A stretch of DNA of 64,000 bases from Thermoplasmata archaeon (GCA_035504395.1 DATJRX010000005.1:3334-67333), one strand, 5' to 3'. Positions 18,248 through 27,994 are shown, numbered from the stretch's first letter. Numbers and translations are program-made. Notes: generated by a model from the letters alone, not told the origin.

Positions 18248-18676
18248 CTACGGGCCCACCGCGCGCTTCAGGAGGGCCGCGATCCTCACCTCGTCCGCCG
18301 GAGTGAGGCGCCGGATCGCGTAGGTGACCGGCCACATCTGTCCTTCGTCGAGCTTCGCCTCGTCGCTGAATCCCAAGGTGGCGTAGCGGACCTTGAACTT
18401 GGAGGCGGGCTGAAAGAAGCAGACGATCTCGTCATCCTTGGCATACGCGGGCATCCCGTACCACGTGCGCGACGACAGCGAGGGGACGGTCGACTTGATG
18501 AGGGCGTGGAGGCGCTCCCCGAGGGCTCGATCCGGGGGCGGCATTTCGGCGATCTTCTTGAGGACCTCGCGTTCCGCTTCGGCGCGCGAGGCGTTGGCCT
18601 TCAGCTCCTTCGCGCGCTCGCGCATCGCGGCGCGTTCCTCAGCCGTGAACCCCTGGGTCGACTTGCTTTCCGACAT
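18248..18676 (-). CDS. DUF1801 (YdhG-like) protein
   Basis: GFTAEERAAMRERAKEL...WYGMPAYAKD...YATLGF. Confidence 0.8.
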   Translation of the reverse strand: MSESKSTQGFTAEERAAMRERAKELKANASRAEAEREVLKKIAEMPPPDRALGERLHALIKSTVPSLSSRTWYGMPAYAKDDEIVCFFQPASKFKVRYATLGFSDEAKLDEGQMWPVTYAIRRLTPADEVRIAALLKRAVGP

Positions 18677-18895
18677 CGGCTCGTGCGCCCCGCTCGCGGA
18701 CGGAGGGAGCGCGGTCGGGGCGAGGGTCGACGGAATAGAAATCGTACGTCGTCCCGAACTCGGGGCTATCTGGGGGCGAGGGCGTGACGTGCACCGAGTC
18801 CGTTCGATAGTGGGTGGGCGCGCCCAGCGCGCGCACCTATCTCGAGGGGGCCGGATTCGCGGCCGTCGAGCGCTAAGTGACCGTGGAAGAAGGCT

Positions 18896-19306
18896 CTACG
18901 CGTGTGCCGGCGGTCGTCTCGGATCGTCGGCGGGCTGGACGTAGTCCGTCGAGGTCGGTCCCATGCTGTTGATCTGGATCGTATACCCTTCCGGCCCCGC
19001 GATCCGGAAGTGGGGCTGACGTGCCGGAACCACGAGAACGCTGCCCGGCGCGAAGACGGCTTGCCGGGAGAGATCGAGAGCGTCCGCGAAGCCGAATCGA
19101 AACTCTCCGGTGAGGACGGTATAGACCCGGTCCTCGGGATGGGAATGGGGCATCACGCGGTGTCCCGCCGGCGCCTCCACGCGGAACGTCAACGGGCCCT
19201 CCCCTGACATGTCTCCGACGAGCACGGCGAACCGAGCCCCGGGCGGAAGGGCCGGTTGCGGCTTCCACACAATGTCGCTCGGGCGGACGAAGAGCGGCGT
19301 CGGCAT
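18896..19306 (-). CDS. Cupin domain protein
   Basis: PHSHPEDRVYTVLTG...PARQPHF cupin motifs. Confidence 0.85.
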   Translation of the reverse strand: MPTPLFVRPSDIVWKPQPALPPGARFAVLVGDMSGEGPLTFRVEAPAGHRVMPHSHPEDRVYTVLTGEFRFGFADALDLSRQAVFAPGSVLVVPARQPHFRIAGPEGYTIQINSMGPTSTDYVQPADDPRRPPAHA

Positions 19307-19426
19307 CGATGGGCCTGACCACGCCACGAATGTCCGGTGAGATGATAGCGGTCGCGGCCGTTCCGGAGCCCGCCCCGACCGGTTCGGCCCCCAGCCTAAA
19401 GCCCTTCCTCGGTCCTCGACCGTCCG

Positions 19427-20497
19427 ATGATCTCGTCCCTGCCTCCCGCCCCCGTCGTCGCTCGGTCGGTTCGCGCCAGCTGGCCGGGGCCCCCGGTGCG
19501 TCGCTTGGTCGTGCGGGAGACGGGCTGGACCAACCTGGTCTTCGAGGCCGACCAGCGCTGGATCATACGGATCCCCCGGCGTCGCGCGGGCGCGGAGTCG
19601 TTGGACCGCGAACTCCGCGTGCTGGAGTTCCTATCGGATCGGCTGCGGGCCGGCATCCCTCGACCGCTCGTCGTCGGCACGCTCGACGCCCCCGACGGGT
19701 GGCCGTTCATGGTGTACGAGAGACTTCGGGGCCGCCCGATCGCGAACGTTCGCGCGATGGGGCGACGATCGCGGGAGCGGCTCGGGCTCTTTCTTGAGGA
19801 CCTTCTCACCGATCTCGCCGCCGTCCCCGTGGATCCGTTGCTGGCCCTCGGCGTCGATCCGGGGCGACCGGCCGACCTTGTGGCCTCCTTCCGGCGTCTT
19901 CGCTCGCGGTACCGTCGGCGCGCGCGCTCGCGGATGCCCCCGTCGGTTCGCTCCGGATTGGACCGAGCGTTTGAGGATCTGCTCTCGACCCTCGCTGTGT
20001 CTCGCTTCCAGCCCGTCGTCGCCCACAACGACCTCTGGCCGAACCACATCATCTGGGACGAGTCGCGCGATCGCGCGACCGGGGTCATTGACTGGGAAGA
20101 CACCCGGGTGGGTGACCCGGCGACCGATCTGGTCATGCTGTCCGATCTCGACCCGGATCTGTGGGACCGGCTGCGCGATCTTCGCCGTCGCGGCTCCGAC
20201 CGGCAGTTCGACGCTCGCCTCGGGCTCTACCGGAAGGTCCTTCCGATCCACGGCTACCTGTATGGTCTCGAATCCGGCGACGCGCGCCTTGCGGCCGACC
20301 ACTTGCATGCGCTCGCCTCCAGGCTGCGCGCGCCGACCCGGAGTCGGCACGGCGGTCGCCTTCGGGGAGGCGTCGGCTTGCCCGTCCGCGGTTCGCTTAG
20401 TTCGACCGAACGGGCGGCCCGCTCGAGCGGTCCGGCGCTGAGTCGAAGAAGCTCGACCCGCACACTCGACAGTACGCGGAGCCCGAACCCCACGTGA
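19427..20497 (+). CDS. Aminoglycoside phosphotransferase (APH)/choline kinase-like protein
   Basis: GWTN, IIRIP, HNDLWPNHI (Brenner motif), GVIDWED, GDPATD. Confidence 0.85.
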   Translation: MISSLPPAPVVARSVRASWPGPPVRRLVVRETGWTNLVFEADQRWIIRIPRRRAGAESLDRELRVLEFLSDRLRAGIPRPLVVGTLDAPDGWPFMVYERLRGRPIANVRAMGRRSRERLGLFLEDLLTDLAAVPVDPLLALGVDPGRPADLVASFRRLRSRYRRRARSRMPPSVRSGLDRAFEDLLSTLAVSRFQPVVAHNDLWPNHIIWDESRDRATGVIDWEDTRVGDPATDLVMLSDLDPDLWDRLRDLRRRGSDRQFDARLGLYRKVLPIHGYLYGLESGDARLAADHLHALASRLRAPTRSRHGGRLRGGVGLPVRGSLSSTERAARSSGPALSRRSSTRTLDSTRSPNPT

Positions 20498-20996
20498 TGA
20501 GTCCGCACCGAAGGCAGGTGGTGATGGAGGAATCCTCGACCTCGCCCGCCAGCCGCGACCCACAACCGCGACAGTAGCTGGATCCGGCTCCCACGGTGGT
20601 GGTCCCGCACTTCCCACAGGAGGTACTTCGACCGACGGGCGATGCGGGCGGGCGCCGGCCCGCGGCCGGGGGCCCGGTGGGAGCGCCTCGCGGGAAGGTG
20701 GACCCCCCGCCGCCCGTCGCTCCGCCCACGGAGCCGAACGCCGAGCCGGGGGGATCGGCGACCACGTTGAACCCGAGAGCGCCCAGGAGCCCGGGCATGG
20801 GAGCCCCCCCAAACTCCGCCACGGCCCGGTTCGCCCACCCCAGCGCGGCGCCGACGATCACGAGCCCGATCACGCCGAGCAGGATCACGAACGCGATCCC
20901 CGTTGGGCCGAGGGCGCCGAGCAGCGCGGCGCTCATGCCGGCCCAGACCACGACGAATCCGACCAGCAGGGTCAGTGCGTACCTCGAGTACCGCAT
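20397..20996 (-). CDS. Two-TM membrane protein with double zinc-ribbon domain
   Basis: Two TM helices, then CGKC-CRGC and CLRC-CRVC. Confidence 0.75.
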   Translation of the reverse strand: MRYSRYALTLLVGFVVVWAGMSAALLGALGPTGIAFVILLGVIGLVIVGAALGWANRAVAEFGGAPMPGLLGALGFNVVADPPGSAFGSVGGATGGGGSTFPRGAPTGPPAAGRRPPASPVGRSTSCGKCGTTTVGAGSSYCRGCGSRLAGEVEDSSITTCLRCGLITWGSGSAYCRVCGSSFFDSAPDRSSGPPVRSN

Positions 20997-21075
20997 CGTG
21001 CCGTCCCCCCACGCGTCGGCGGCTCTTGGGCGTGTCGACCTCGCCGCGTCCGACCGCACCTGCCCCGGACGCGCG

Positions 21076-21747
21076 TCACGCAAGACCTCGAGCGCGCCGG
21101 CCCGCCCCGTCACCCGCGCGCTCCGGACCCCAGGTCCCCCGCGAGGGTCGGACGCTTGGGAGCGCCGAAACCGAGTCCCAGCTTCGGAGATCGCCGCGGA
21201 GGAGCCCGAAGAGGAGCATGTCCATCGTTCTTCCGCGCACCCGGACCGCGGCGCGCTCGCGTCCCTCGGGGACGAACCCCAGTCGGCGGAGCACGGCGAG
21301 GGAAGCTCGGTTCCCCTCGAGGGCCGAGGAGCCGATGCGTCGGAGGCGAAGGTGACGGAATGCCGCACGGCAGAGGTACCACGACGCCTCGGTCGCGTAG
21401 CCCTGGTTCCAGTACTTCGGGTCGATCCAGTACGAGAGGCTCTCGACCTTGCGCCATTTCCAGTCGAGGCCTCGGAGCCCGATCCGGCCAATGCATGCGC
21501 CGTCGTGCCGGAGAACGACCGAGAGCGATAGATGCTCGCCCGAGCGATACTCTCGGCGCGTGCGAGCGACCATCAGTCCGGGGTCCCGACGTTCGGCCGG
21601 AGAATGAAGCGAAGCCCCGACGGACCGGGCCGTTCGCGGATCTCGAAAGCTGCGCTTCAGCGCGGGCACATCGTCCGGGCGGGGAAGCCGCAGCAGCAGG
21701 CGGGGAGTTCGGATCGGAAGCGCGATCCGCTCGAGCGAGCCCGTCAC
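21076..21747 (-). CDS. GNAT N-acetyltransferase (RimJ/RimL type)
   Basis: TPRLLLR, SYWIDPKYWNQGYATEA, NRASLAVLRRLGFVPEG. Confidence 0.9.
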   Translation of the reverse strand: MTGSLERIALPIRTPRLLLRLPRPDDVPALKRSFRDPRTARSVGASLHSPAERRDPGLMVARTRREYRSGEHLSLSVVLRHDGACIGRIGLRGLDWKWRKVESLSYWIDPKYWNQGYATEASWYLCRAAFRHLRLRRIGSSALEGNRASLAVLRRLGFVPEGRERAAVRVRGRTMDMLLFGLLRGDLRSWDSVSALPSVRPSRGTWGPERAGDGAGRRARGLA

Positions 21748-22051
21748 GGTCGAGTCTCGACCCGGACTTCGCTTTCAGAGATTCGCCGGTTCGGGGCGCC
21801 CGCCCGGGGCAGCACCTCGCTACCGGGGTCGTCGCGGCCGCCCGGTGCGCGACCCTCGTCGTACGACCCGCCCCGCCGAGTACTCTCCATCGTCCCGCGC
21901 GGCGAACGATCCAGGCGTACCGACCCCACATTCCGGCAGAGCTCCGGCGGGGATGGGTCTAACGGTGGCCCCGTACATCCTCGGGAGGGGACCCGACACC
22001 GGAACGCAACCCGTCTCGAGGCGGTCGCCTCTCCCCTCAGAGGGGACGAGC

Positions 22052-22471
22052 TCAGCGGTTCGAGCCGAAGACGATCATCAGGAGGCCGCCGAGCAGCGCG
22101 AGTCCGCCCAGTCCCTCCATGCCGTACAGCGCCCCGTTGGACTGGCCCCCGAACAGGAAGACGAATCCGGCAGCGACCGCTCCGAGCGAGGACAGGAACG
22201 TCACTCCGGAAGATACCTGGGCCGTCGCCTTCCGAGTGCGCCGGACCGAGAGCCCAAAGGCGTGACCGGTGATGGCAACCAGCAGCAGGCCCACGGCGAT
22301 GTGGATCCCGATCCAACTCCAGGGATATGGGGGTCCGATCACCGCGAGCTCGTTCCCGATCAGGATCTCCGCCAGAACCACGATCAGGATCACGAGCCCC
22401 CGGACTCGGAGGGACGGGTGCACCCCCGGCAACTCGGACACGGCTCCGGCGTTCGTAGGAGAACTCGCCAT
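22052..22471 (-). CDS. Four-TM membrane protein
   Basis: Four hydrophobic segments with an intramembrane His. Confidence 0.7.
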   Translation of the reverse strand: MASSPTNAGAVSELPGVHPSLRVRGLVILIVVLAEILIGNELAVIGPPYPWSWIGIHIAVGLLLVAITGHAFGLSVRRTRKATAQVSSGVTFLSSLGAVAAGFVFLFGGQSNGALYGMEGLGGLALLGGLLMIVFGSNR

Positions 22472-22596
22472 GGATCGTCGGCGCCTCCCTCCCTCGACTC
22501 GACTTGAGGTTAACTCTGTGCTCCGGGGGTGGCCGGCAAGCGGTGGGCCGTGTCGGCGCGCCGCCGACGCTAGCTCGAACAGAGGCGGAACGATCG

Positions 22597-22620
22597 GGGG
22601 ACCGGCGATCGCCGGTCCCC
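22597..22620. repeat. Perfect 24-bp palindrome GGGGACCGGCGATCGCCGGTCCCC
   Basis: Self-reverse-complementary; intergenic between divergent genes. Confidence 0.85.
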
Positions 22621-22728
22621 GGCTCCGCACAGGTTCCGCGATTGCCGAACCGGCTCCCGTTCCGGGCGAGACCGGCGAGACATCCCTTCATGATGGGCCT
22701 GGCCGGATGGGCCCATCGGTGACGCGGC

Positions 22729-22887
22729 ATGCTCGGTCGGGCGAACCGATGGAACACGCGGGGCGGGCTGCTGCTCGATCTCGTCCTCGCGGCCGGCACC
22801 GTCCTGATCGCCGCCTTCCTTCTCACCCTCCTCGGTCTGAGCTTCGCCGAACTTCTCTCGGGAGCCGGAAGGTTCTTCGGCCTATGA
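22729..22887 (+). CDS. 52-aa membrane microprotein (below the ORF-track cutoff)
   Basis: MLGRANRWNTRGGLLLDLVLAAGTVLIAAFLLTLLGLSFAELLSGAGRFFGL; GGTGA SD; 17 nt before the next gene. Confidence 0.65.
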   Translation: MLGRANRWNTRGGLLLDLVLAAGTVLIAAFLLTLLGLSFAELLSGAGRFFGL

Positions 22888-22904
22888 GGGGGGAGTGAGC
22901 CACG

Positions 22905-23321
22905 ATGTCGGGGTACGCGAACGCGCCCGTCGTTCCGGGTCTCCCCCTCGGGGTGGCGGTCCTGGCCGTGCTGACCGGTTTGGTCGGTGCGTTCCTGCTC
23001 TTCGGCGGGATCCTCGTCGTCGCGGTCGCGCTGTTCGGGATCGCTTCGCTGGGCTGGGCGAGCATGTTCGGGACCGGCCTTTTCGCGGGCCTGATCGTGC
23101 TGCTGGTCGGGGCGGTCATTCTGGCCGTCGCATCGGGGCTCTGGGACCAGGAGATGTGGGCGTACGTCCTCGCGGTGATCGTGACGGGGGCCGCCGCGCT
23201 CTGGTTCGTCGCCCGTCCGCTCTGGGACGGAGGCGGGCTGGCGTCGGTCGAGACGCTGCCCGCGCTCGTGTCCGGCGTGCTGTTCGTCTACCTGCTGGCG
23301 GTCAAGAACCACTTCTGGTGA
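22905..23321 (+). CDS. Four-TM membrane protein
   Basis: PLGVAVLAVL...GLWDQEMWAY pattern; GGGGAGTGA SD. Confidence 0.8.
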   Translation: MSGYANAPVVPGLPLGVAVLAVLTGLVGAFLLFGGILVVAVALFGIASLGWASMFGTGLFAGLIVLLVGAVILAVASGLWDQEMWAYVLAVIVTGAAALWFVARPLWDGGGLASVETLPALVSGVLFVYLLAVKNHFW

Positions 23322-23360
23322 GGGACCGAACCGGTCCCTCCTTCCCGCGTTCTCGATGGC

Positions 23361-23849
23361 TCACGTGGGACCCGTACCCGACGCTCGGCTCGGCCGTCGA
23401 CGGCCCCGAGGTCCGACCGGATCGAAGGGGAGGGTCAAGCCCGGAGAGAGTCGTCCGCGCCGTGGCTCGTCCGAGTCTTGCGTCCAGGGGCTCGAAGACT
23501 CTCTCGGGCGTCCCGAGCCTCTCCTCATCGGAGTCCACGCGTGCCGATCCATTCGAACCCGGCCTCCCTCGAACGTGACCCCTTCGATCCGGAGCCGCAA
23601 CCGTTGTTCTTGCGCTTCCGTTCCGGTCAGTGCGATCCGTCCGCCGGCGGCGACCACGCGCTGCCACGGAAGATCTGGGGCGGAGTAGAGAGCTCGGACC
23701 GTAAGGCGCGCCGCGCCCGGAACTCCGGCCAGGGCGGCCACCTGTCCGTAGGTCGCGACCTTGCCTCGCGGGATCGCTCGGATCACACGACGGAGCGACG
23801 CGAGCCGTCCGCCCGATCCGGTGCGTAGGGCGCGCGACGTCCGCCTCAT
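23361..23849 (-). CDS. Alkyltransferase-like (ATL/YbaZ) protein, MGMT DNA-binding family
   Basis: IPRGKVATYGQVA, LPWQRVV (Trp at the catalytic Cys position), LRIEGV. Confidence 0.85.
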   Translation of the reverse strand: MRRTSRALRTGSGGRLASLRRVIRAIPRGKVATYGQVAALAGVPGAARLTVRALYSAPDLPWQRVVAAGGRIALTGTEAQEQRLRLRIEGVTFEGGRVRMDRHAWTPMRRGSGRPRESSSPWTQDSDEPRRGRLSPGLTLPFDPVGPRGRRRPSRASGTGPT

Positions 23850-23997
23850 CCGGTGGAGGAGCACGGCCGATCCCCACAGGGTCCCCGCTGGGTCGGAGTC
23901 GGCGGTCCGACCGATCGGCATGGCCCCGGTCCCGGACCGATCGGGGGCTCGATCGGATCGGCACGGCCCCCACGGCCTCCGGGGACCCGGCTCTGGC

Positions 23998-25512
23998 TCA
24001 TGAGCGCCCCCGAGCGGGGGGTCCCTCAAGTTCTCGAGCGTCCGGCGGCAAGACGCTCCCGAGACGTCCCCATGCGGCCCATGCCTGCAGCTCGGGCGGC
24101 AGAGGGCGATCCGGATCGGAATTCGACGCGGTCCGAGCCGTTCGGGGCGGGACCTTCGGCCCGCGGAACCGGAGGACCCCGACGACCGCCGCGACCGAAG
24201 CGCCGACGGCGAGGATGGCGAGGCTCGTGGGCAGCCAGAGGAGCGTGGTGAGCACCGAGTAGCTCCCGTGCTGCAGCTGGATCATGAAGCCCGGGAGCGG
24301 CTGAGCGATCAGGTTGTACGCTCCGTAGATCCGATCGGCGCCGGGGACATACGCCCCGGAGCCCTGACGGCCGTCCCCGTAGTCGAAGACGGTCGCCACG
24401 ATCGACAGCGTGGTGAGATTGAGCACGTCGAGCGCGAGGCTCGTCAAGAGGTACGCGTCCCCGTGCAGCGGGTCCACGAGCACTGCCTCGGCGTCGCCCG
24501 CCGCACACGCACCGGGGAGGCACGACGGCAGGGCGATGCGGGCCTCGACGGCGAGAGTGCTCGCGTCCAGGACCTCGACGAAGAACGGACCGCCGGTCGT
24601 AACGAGCACCTCGTTCGTCTGCGGAACATCGGTGATGCTCAGGATCGGCGCTCCGATCGGCACGAAGGATCGGTTCGCCCCGTCGGGCGCGCTGAGCGCG
24701 ACGAGGGAATATCCGCTAAACCTCGCGGAGATGTTCGGGAGGAGGAGCGCGTCGTTCGAGGGGTCGAACGCGAGCAAGTAGCCGTCGCCCGCATCCCCGC
24801 CGCCCGCGACCGCGGCCATCGGGGTGACCAGGACGCGCGTTACGTCGAGCGTGGTAAGGTCGACCTCGCCGAGCATCGGGGATCCGCTCGTGTTCCACCC
24901 CGCCGCGATCAAGGAGTCCGTCTGGGGGTCGAACGTCGTCGCCGAGATCCAGAACGGGAGCGCCACGGTCGCGACCAGCTCGTCCCCCGCCGCCCGCACC
25001 ACCAGGATCGACTGGTTCGAGCATGGAACGTAGACGTTGGGGCCCGATCCCGGGTAGAGCGGCAGTCCAGGGGTGCAGTTGAGGTCGAGTCGGCCGAGCG
25101 GCTGCAGCGACGTCGCATTGAACTCGGCCACCGCCGGCGCCTCGATTCCCGGCAGGGCCAGACCGCCCGTCCAATTGGTCTCGGTCAGCACGAGGGCATT
25201 GTCGGGCGCAACGTACGCGAGCCCCACCGGGTCCGTGCACGGCGAGTCCGGATCGGACGGAGCGCAGTAGGTCTCCCAGTACGGTGTCGCGGCTACCGTC
25301 TGCACGGAGGAGTACCCCGCGAGCCCGTGGGCGAGGCTGGCGGCGCCCCGAACGCTCGCTCCCGACCCCGACGTGGGTCCGAGGTGGGGCGCCGGCCCGA
25401 AGCTCGCCACGCCCGTCGGCAGTGCGAGCACGACGGCAAGCGCCACGACGCCCGCGAGAACCGAACGAGGACGGCGCCGACCCCGGGCGGCGGGATCCGA
25501 TCGCACGCCCAT
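23998..25512 (-). CDS. Membrane-anchored YncE/YVTN-like beta-propeller surface protein
   Basis: Signal peptide; repeated FDPxxD/VDP and LTTLxVxxx blade motifs; C-terminal TM. Confidence 0.7.
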   Translation of the reverse strand: MGVRSDPAARGRRRPRSVLAGVVALAVVLALPTGVASFGPAPHLGPTSGSGASVRGAASLAHGLAGYSSVQTVAATPYWETYCAPSDPDSPCTDPVGLAYVAPDNALVLTETNWTGGLALPGIEAPAVAEFNATSLQPLGRLDLNCTPGLPLYPGSGPNVYVPCSNQSILVVRAAGDELVATVALPFWISATTFDPQTDSLIAAGWNTSGSPMLGEVDLTTLDVTRVLVTPMAAVAGGGDAGDGYLLAFDPSNDALLLPNISARFSGYSLVALSAPDGANRSFVPIGAPILSITDVPQTNEVLVTTGGPFFVEVLDASTLAVEARIALPSCLPGACAAGDAEAVLVDPLHGDAYLLTSLALDVLNLTTLSIVATVFDYGDGRQGSGAYVPGADRIYGAYNLIAQPLPGFMIQLQHGSYSVLTTLLWLPTSLAILAVGASVAAVVGVLRFRGPKVPPRTARTASNSDPDRPLPPELQAWAAWGRLGSVLPPDARELEGPPARGRS

Positions 25513-25736
25513 GGGGCTCCGACCGCCCCGAGGTCACCCCGCCGTAAAAGGCAGTGGGAGCACGCCGACCCTCGGCGGAGGTCGGCGGGTCCGCGGCGCC
25601 CGAGGGGTTTCGCTCTACGCCCCGGGCGCGTCCCATCCGAGGGTCGGCCCGCTACGGCCGAGCGAACCCCGACCCAACCCTCAAGACCCCCGGCCGACCT
25701 TGCAATGGTGAGGTCGCAGGGCCTCCGGGTTCTCCA

Positions 25737-27842
25737 GTGTCGCTCCTCCGTCCGGCGGGGCCGCCCGCGGCGATCGCGACCGCGATCGGGATCGCATTCG
25801 TGCTGGTCGTGGCGCTGTTCGCCCCAACCGTCCCGGCTGGCGGGGGCGCCAGTTCCTCCCGGGAGCCGACCGGTCCCGCGTCGGGACCGCCCGACCTGTC
25901 TACGAGCGACCTCGGCACCGGCTACGACGGGAGCGCGCCGGCATCGCCGCCCGTGCGGATCTGCGGGAACGGGTCCGAGCTCGACGGTCCGACCACTCCG
26001 CCCGACGGAGCGGTGGTCCTCCCGGCCGGCGACAACGAGAACATGACCGCGAGCTACGAGCTCGCTCCCAACACGACCTACTGGCTCGCCCCGGGGGCGC
26101 ACACCCTCGGGACCGGACCGTACTCCCAGTTCCAGCCCGACTGGGGCGACACGTTCGTGGGTGGGCCGGGCGCGGTCGTCAACGGTCAGTCCCTCAACCA
26201 GTTCGCCTTCACCGCGAACCCCAACGTCGGGTCGCCGAACGTCACGATCGAGTACCTCACGATCGAGGACTTCGTCTCGGGAGAGGGAGAGGGCGTGGTC
26301 AATCAGGCGAACCAATCCGGCTGGGTCGTCGCGCACAACACCGTCGGTCCGAACGAGTTCAACTGCTCGAACCCCGGGGGAGCCGGCGTCATGCTCGGCT
26401 CGAACACCGAGGTCGAGTACAACTGTCTCGCGAGCAACGGCGAGTACGGGTTCAGCTCGTTCGGCGGGGCGACGAACATCACGCTGTCGGACAACGAGAT
26501 CGCGGACAACGATGCCCTCGGGGGCTACGACCACCCCGACAGCGCGATCCAGTGCGGCTGCTCCGGTGGCGGGAAGTTCTGGATCTCGAGCGACGTCACC
26601 ATCGAGGACAACTACATCCACGATAACGGCGACCCCGGGATCTGGGTCGACACCGACAACACGGGGTTCCTCATCGCGCACAACTTCATCGCGGACAACT
26701 ACGCGGAGGGGATCATCTACGAGATCAGCTACAATGGCCTGATTGAGAACAACACGCTCCTCGGGAACGCGATCGGCGAGGCGCCCGAGGTCGCCGGGTT
26801 CCCGGCGTCCGCGATCTACATCTCCGAGTCCGGGTTCGACGACCGGGTCGCGAACCCGTTCCACGCGACGTCGTTCGAGATCGAGTACAACGTTCTCAGC
26901 GACAACCGGGGCGGGGTCGTCATCTGGGAGAACGCGAACCGATACTGCTCGGACGGCAGCGACCAGGTCTGCACGCTGGTCGATCCGGCCGTCTATACCC
27001 TCGCGAGCTGCGCCACCCACCTGGGCGAGCGAACGCCCGTCGACTATTACGACGGCTGCCGGTGGAAGGCCCAGAACGTGACGGTGGCCCGCAACCAGTT
27101 CTCCTTCACGGCGGCCGCGCTCGGACCCCAGTGCACGGTCGACAACCTCTGCGGGGACAACGGGCTATTCAGCGACTACGGCGAGGCGCCGTACGCGGGT
27201 CCGGCGGTCCCGACGAACATCACCTTCCTCCAGCACGACCAGTTCGAGGACAACAGCTACTCCGGACCGTGGAACTTCGAGGCCTGGAGCCAGGGCAACC
27301 TCGACAACCCGGTCAACTGGACCGTCTGGCGGGCGAACGTGACCGACCGATGCAGCACGGCGGGCGAGAACGAATCGGGCACCTGCGACAGCGGCTTCGG
27401 CCAGGACTCGGGGAGCATCTTCAACGCCTCCGTCGACCCCGAGATCGAGGCGTTCACCGCCGCGCCCGCGAGCGTTCCCGTCGGACATACGAGCCTCCTG
27501 ACCGTCACCGCCGAGGGCGGGATCGGCTCGCTGTCGTTCGCCTACGTCGGGCTTCCGCCCGGGTGCGCATCGGCGAACTTGGCCGAGCTCACCTGCGCCC
27601 CGACCGCTCCGGGCGATTTCACGCCCGCGATCTTCGTCAACGACTCCGAGGATCACTCGTCCGAGGCGAGCACCTCGCTCGCGGTGACGCGCGTCGCTCC
27701 GACGCCTTCTCCTCCGGGCCACTCGAGCGAGGCGCCCGGCGACCTCCTGTTCGGACTCTGGCCCTACCTGCTCGCCGCCGGCCTGGCGCTCGTCGCGGTC
27801 GTGGCCGCTGTGGCTTGGACGGCACGTCGCCGGAAGGTCTAG
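25737..27842 (+). CDS. Membrane-anchored right-handed parallel beta-helix (pectin lyase-like) protein
   Basis: IEDNYIHDN/IAHNFIADN/IENNTLLGN repeats; PGIWVD, EISY; Ig-like stalk; C-terminal TM + RRRK; start estimated. Confidence 0.85.
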   Translation: MSLLRPAGPPAAIATAIGIAFVLVVALFAPTVPAGGGASSSREPTGPASGPPDLSTSDLGTGYDGSAPASPPVRICGNGSELDGPTTPPDGAVVLPAGDNENMTASYELAPNTTYWLAPGAHTLGTGPYSQFQPDWGDTFVGGPGAVVNGQSLNQFAFTANPNVGSPNVTIEYLTIEDFVSGEGEGVVNQANQSGWVVAHNTVGPNEFNCSNPGGAGVMLGSNTEVEYNCLASNGEYGFSSFGGATNITLSDNEIADNDALGGYDHPDSAIQCGCSGGGKFWISSDVTIEDNYIHDNGDPGIWVDTDNTGFLIAHNFIADNYAEGIIYEISYNGLIENNTLLGNAIGEAPEVAGFPASAIYISESGFDDRVANPFHATSFEIEYNVLSDNRGGVVIWENANRYCSDGSDQVCTLVDPAVYTLASCATHLGERTPVDYYDGCRWKAQNVTVARNQFSFTAAALGPQCTVDNLCGDNGLFSDYGEAPYAGPAVPTNITFLQHDQFEDNSYSGPWNFEAWSQGNLDNPVNWTVWRANVTDRCSTAGENESGTCDSGFGQDSGSIFNASVDPEIEAFTAAPASVPVGHTSLLTVTAEGGIGSLSFAYVGLPPGCASANLAELTCAPTAPGDFTPAIFVNDSEDHSSEASTSLAVTRVAPTPSPPGHSSEAPGDLLFGLWPYLLAAGLALVAVVAAVAWTARRRKV

Positions 27843-27955
27843 GCCGTGACCGGAACGTACCGATTCGGCGCGCCGCTCGCGAGGACTTCGGCGCTTCGGC
27901 GCGAGGTGGACCCCCGACCTTCCGGTCGCGGGTCGACGGATCGGACCGTCGCGAG

Positions 27956-27975
27956 AAATTTAATATATATATTTA
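27956..27975 (+). promoter_or_regulatory. 20-nt pure A/T promoter tract containing palindrome AATATATATATT (27962-27973)
   Basis: Strong AT anomaly ending 19 nt before ATG 27995. Confidence 0.75.
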
Positions 27976-27994
27976 GTTGCTAGGGGGAACAACG

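Noticed and set aside
18639..18836. 65-aa minus-strand ORF upstream of DUF1801
   Set aside because: No motif or SD, and it overlaps the next gene; insufficient evidence
19427..20497. Aminoglycoside resistance call for the APH-like gene
   Set aside because: The motifs are shared by the whole APH/choline kinase superfamily; substrate cannot be inferred
20494..20550. GTGATGA box C-like sequence as a possible C/D sRNA
   Set aside because: Lies within coding sequence and has no properly spaced CTGA box D
25695..25716. Inverted repeat CGACCT-N10-AGGTCG upstream of the beta-helix gene
   Set aside because: Only 6-bp GC-rich arms and a single copy; compatible with chance
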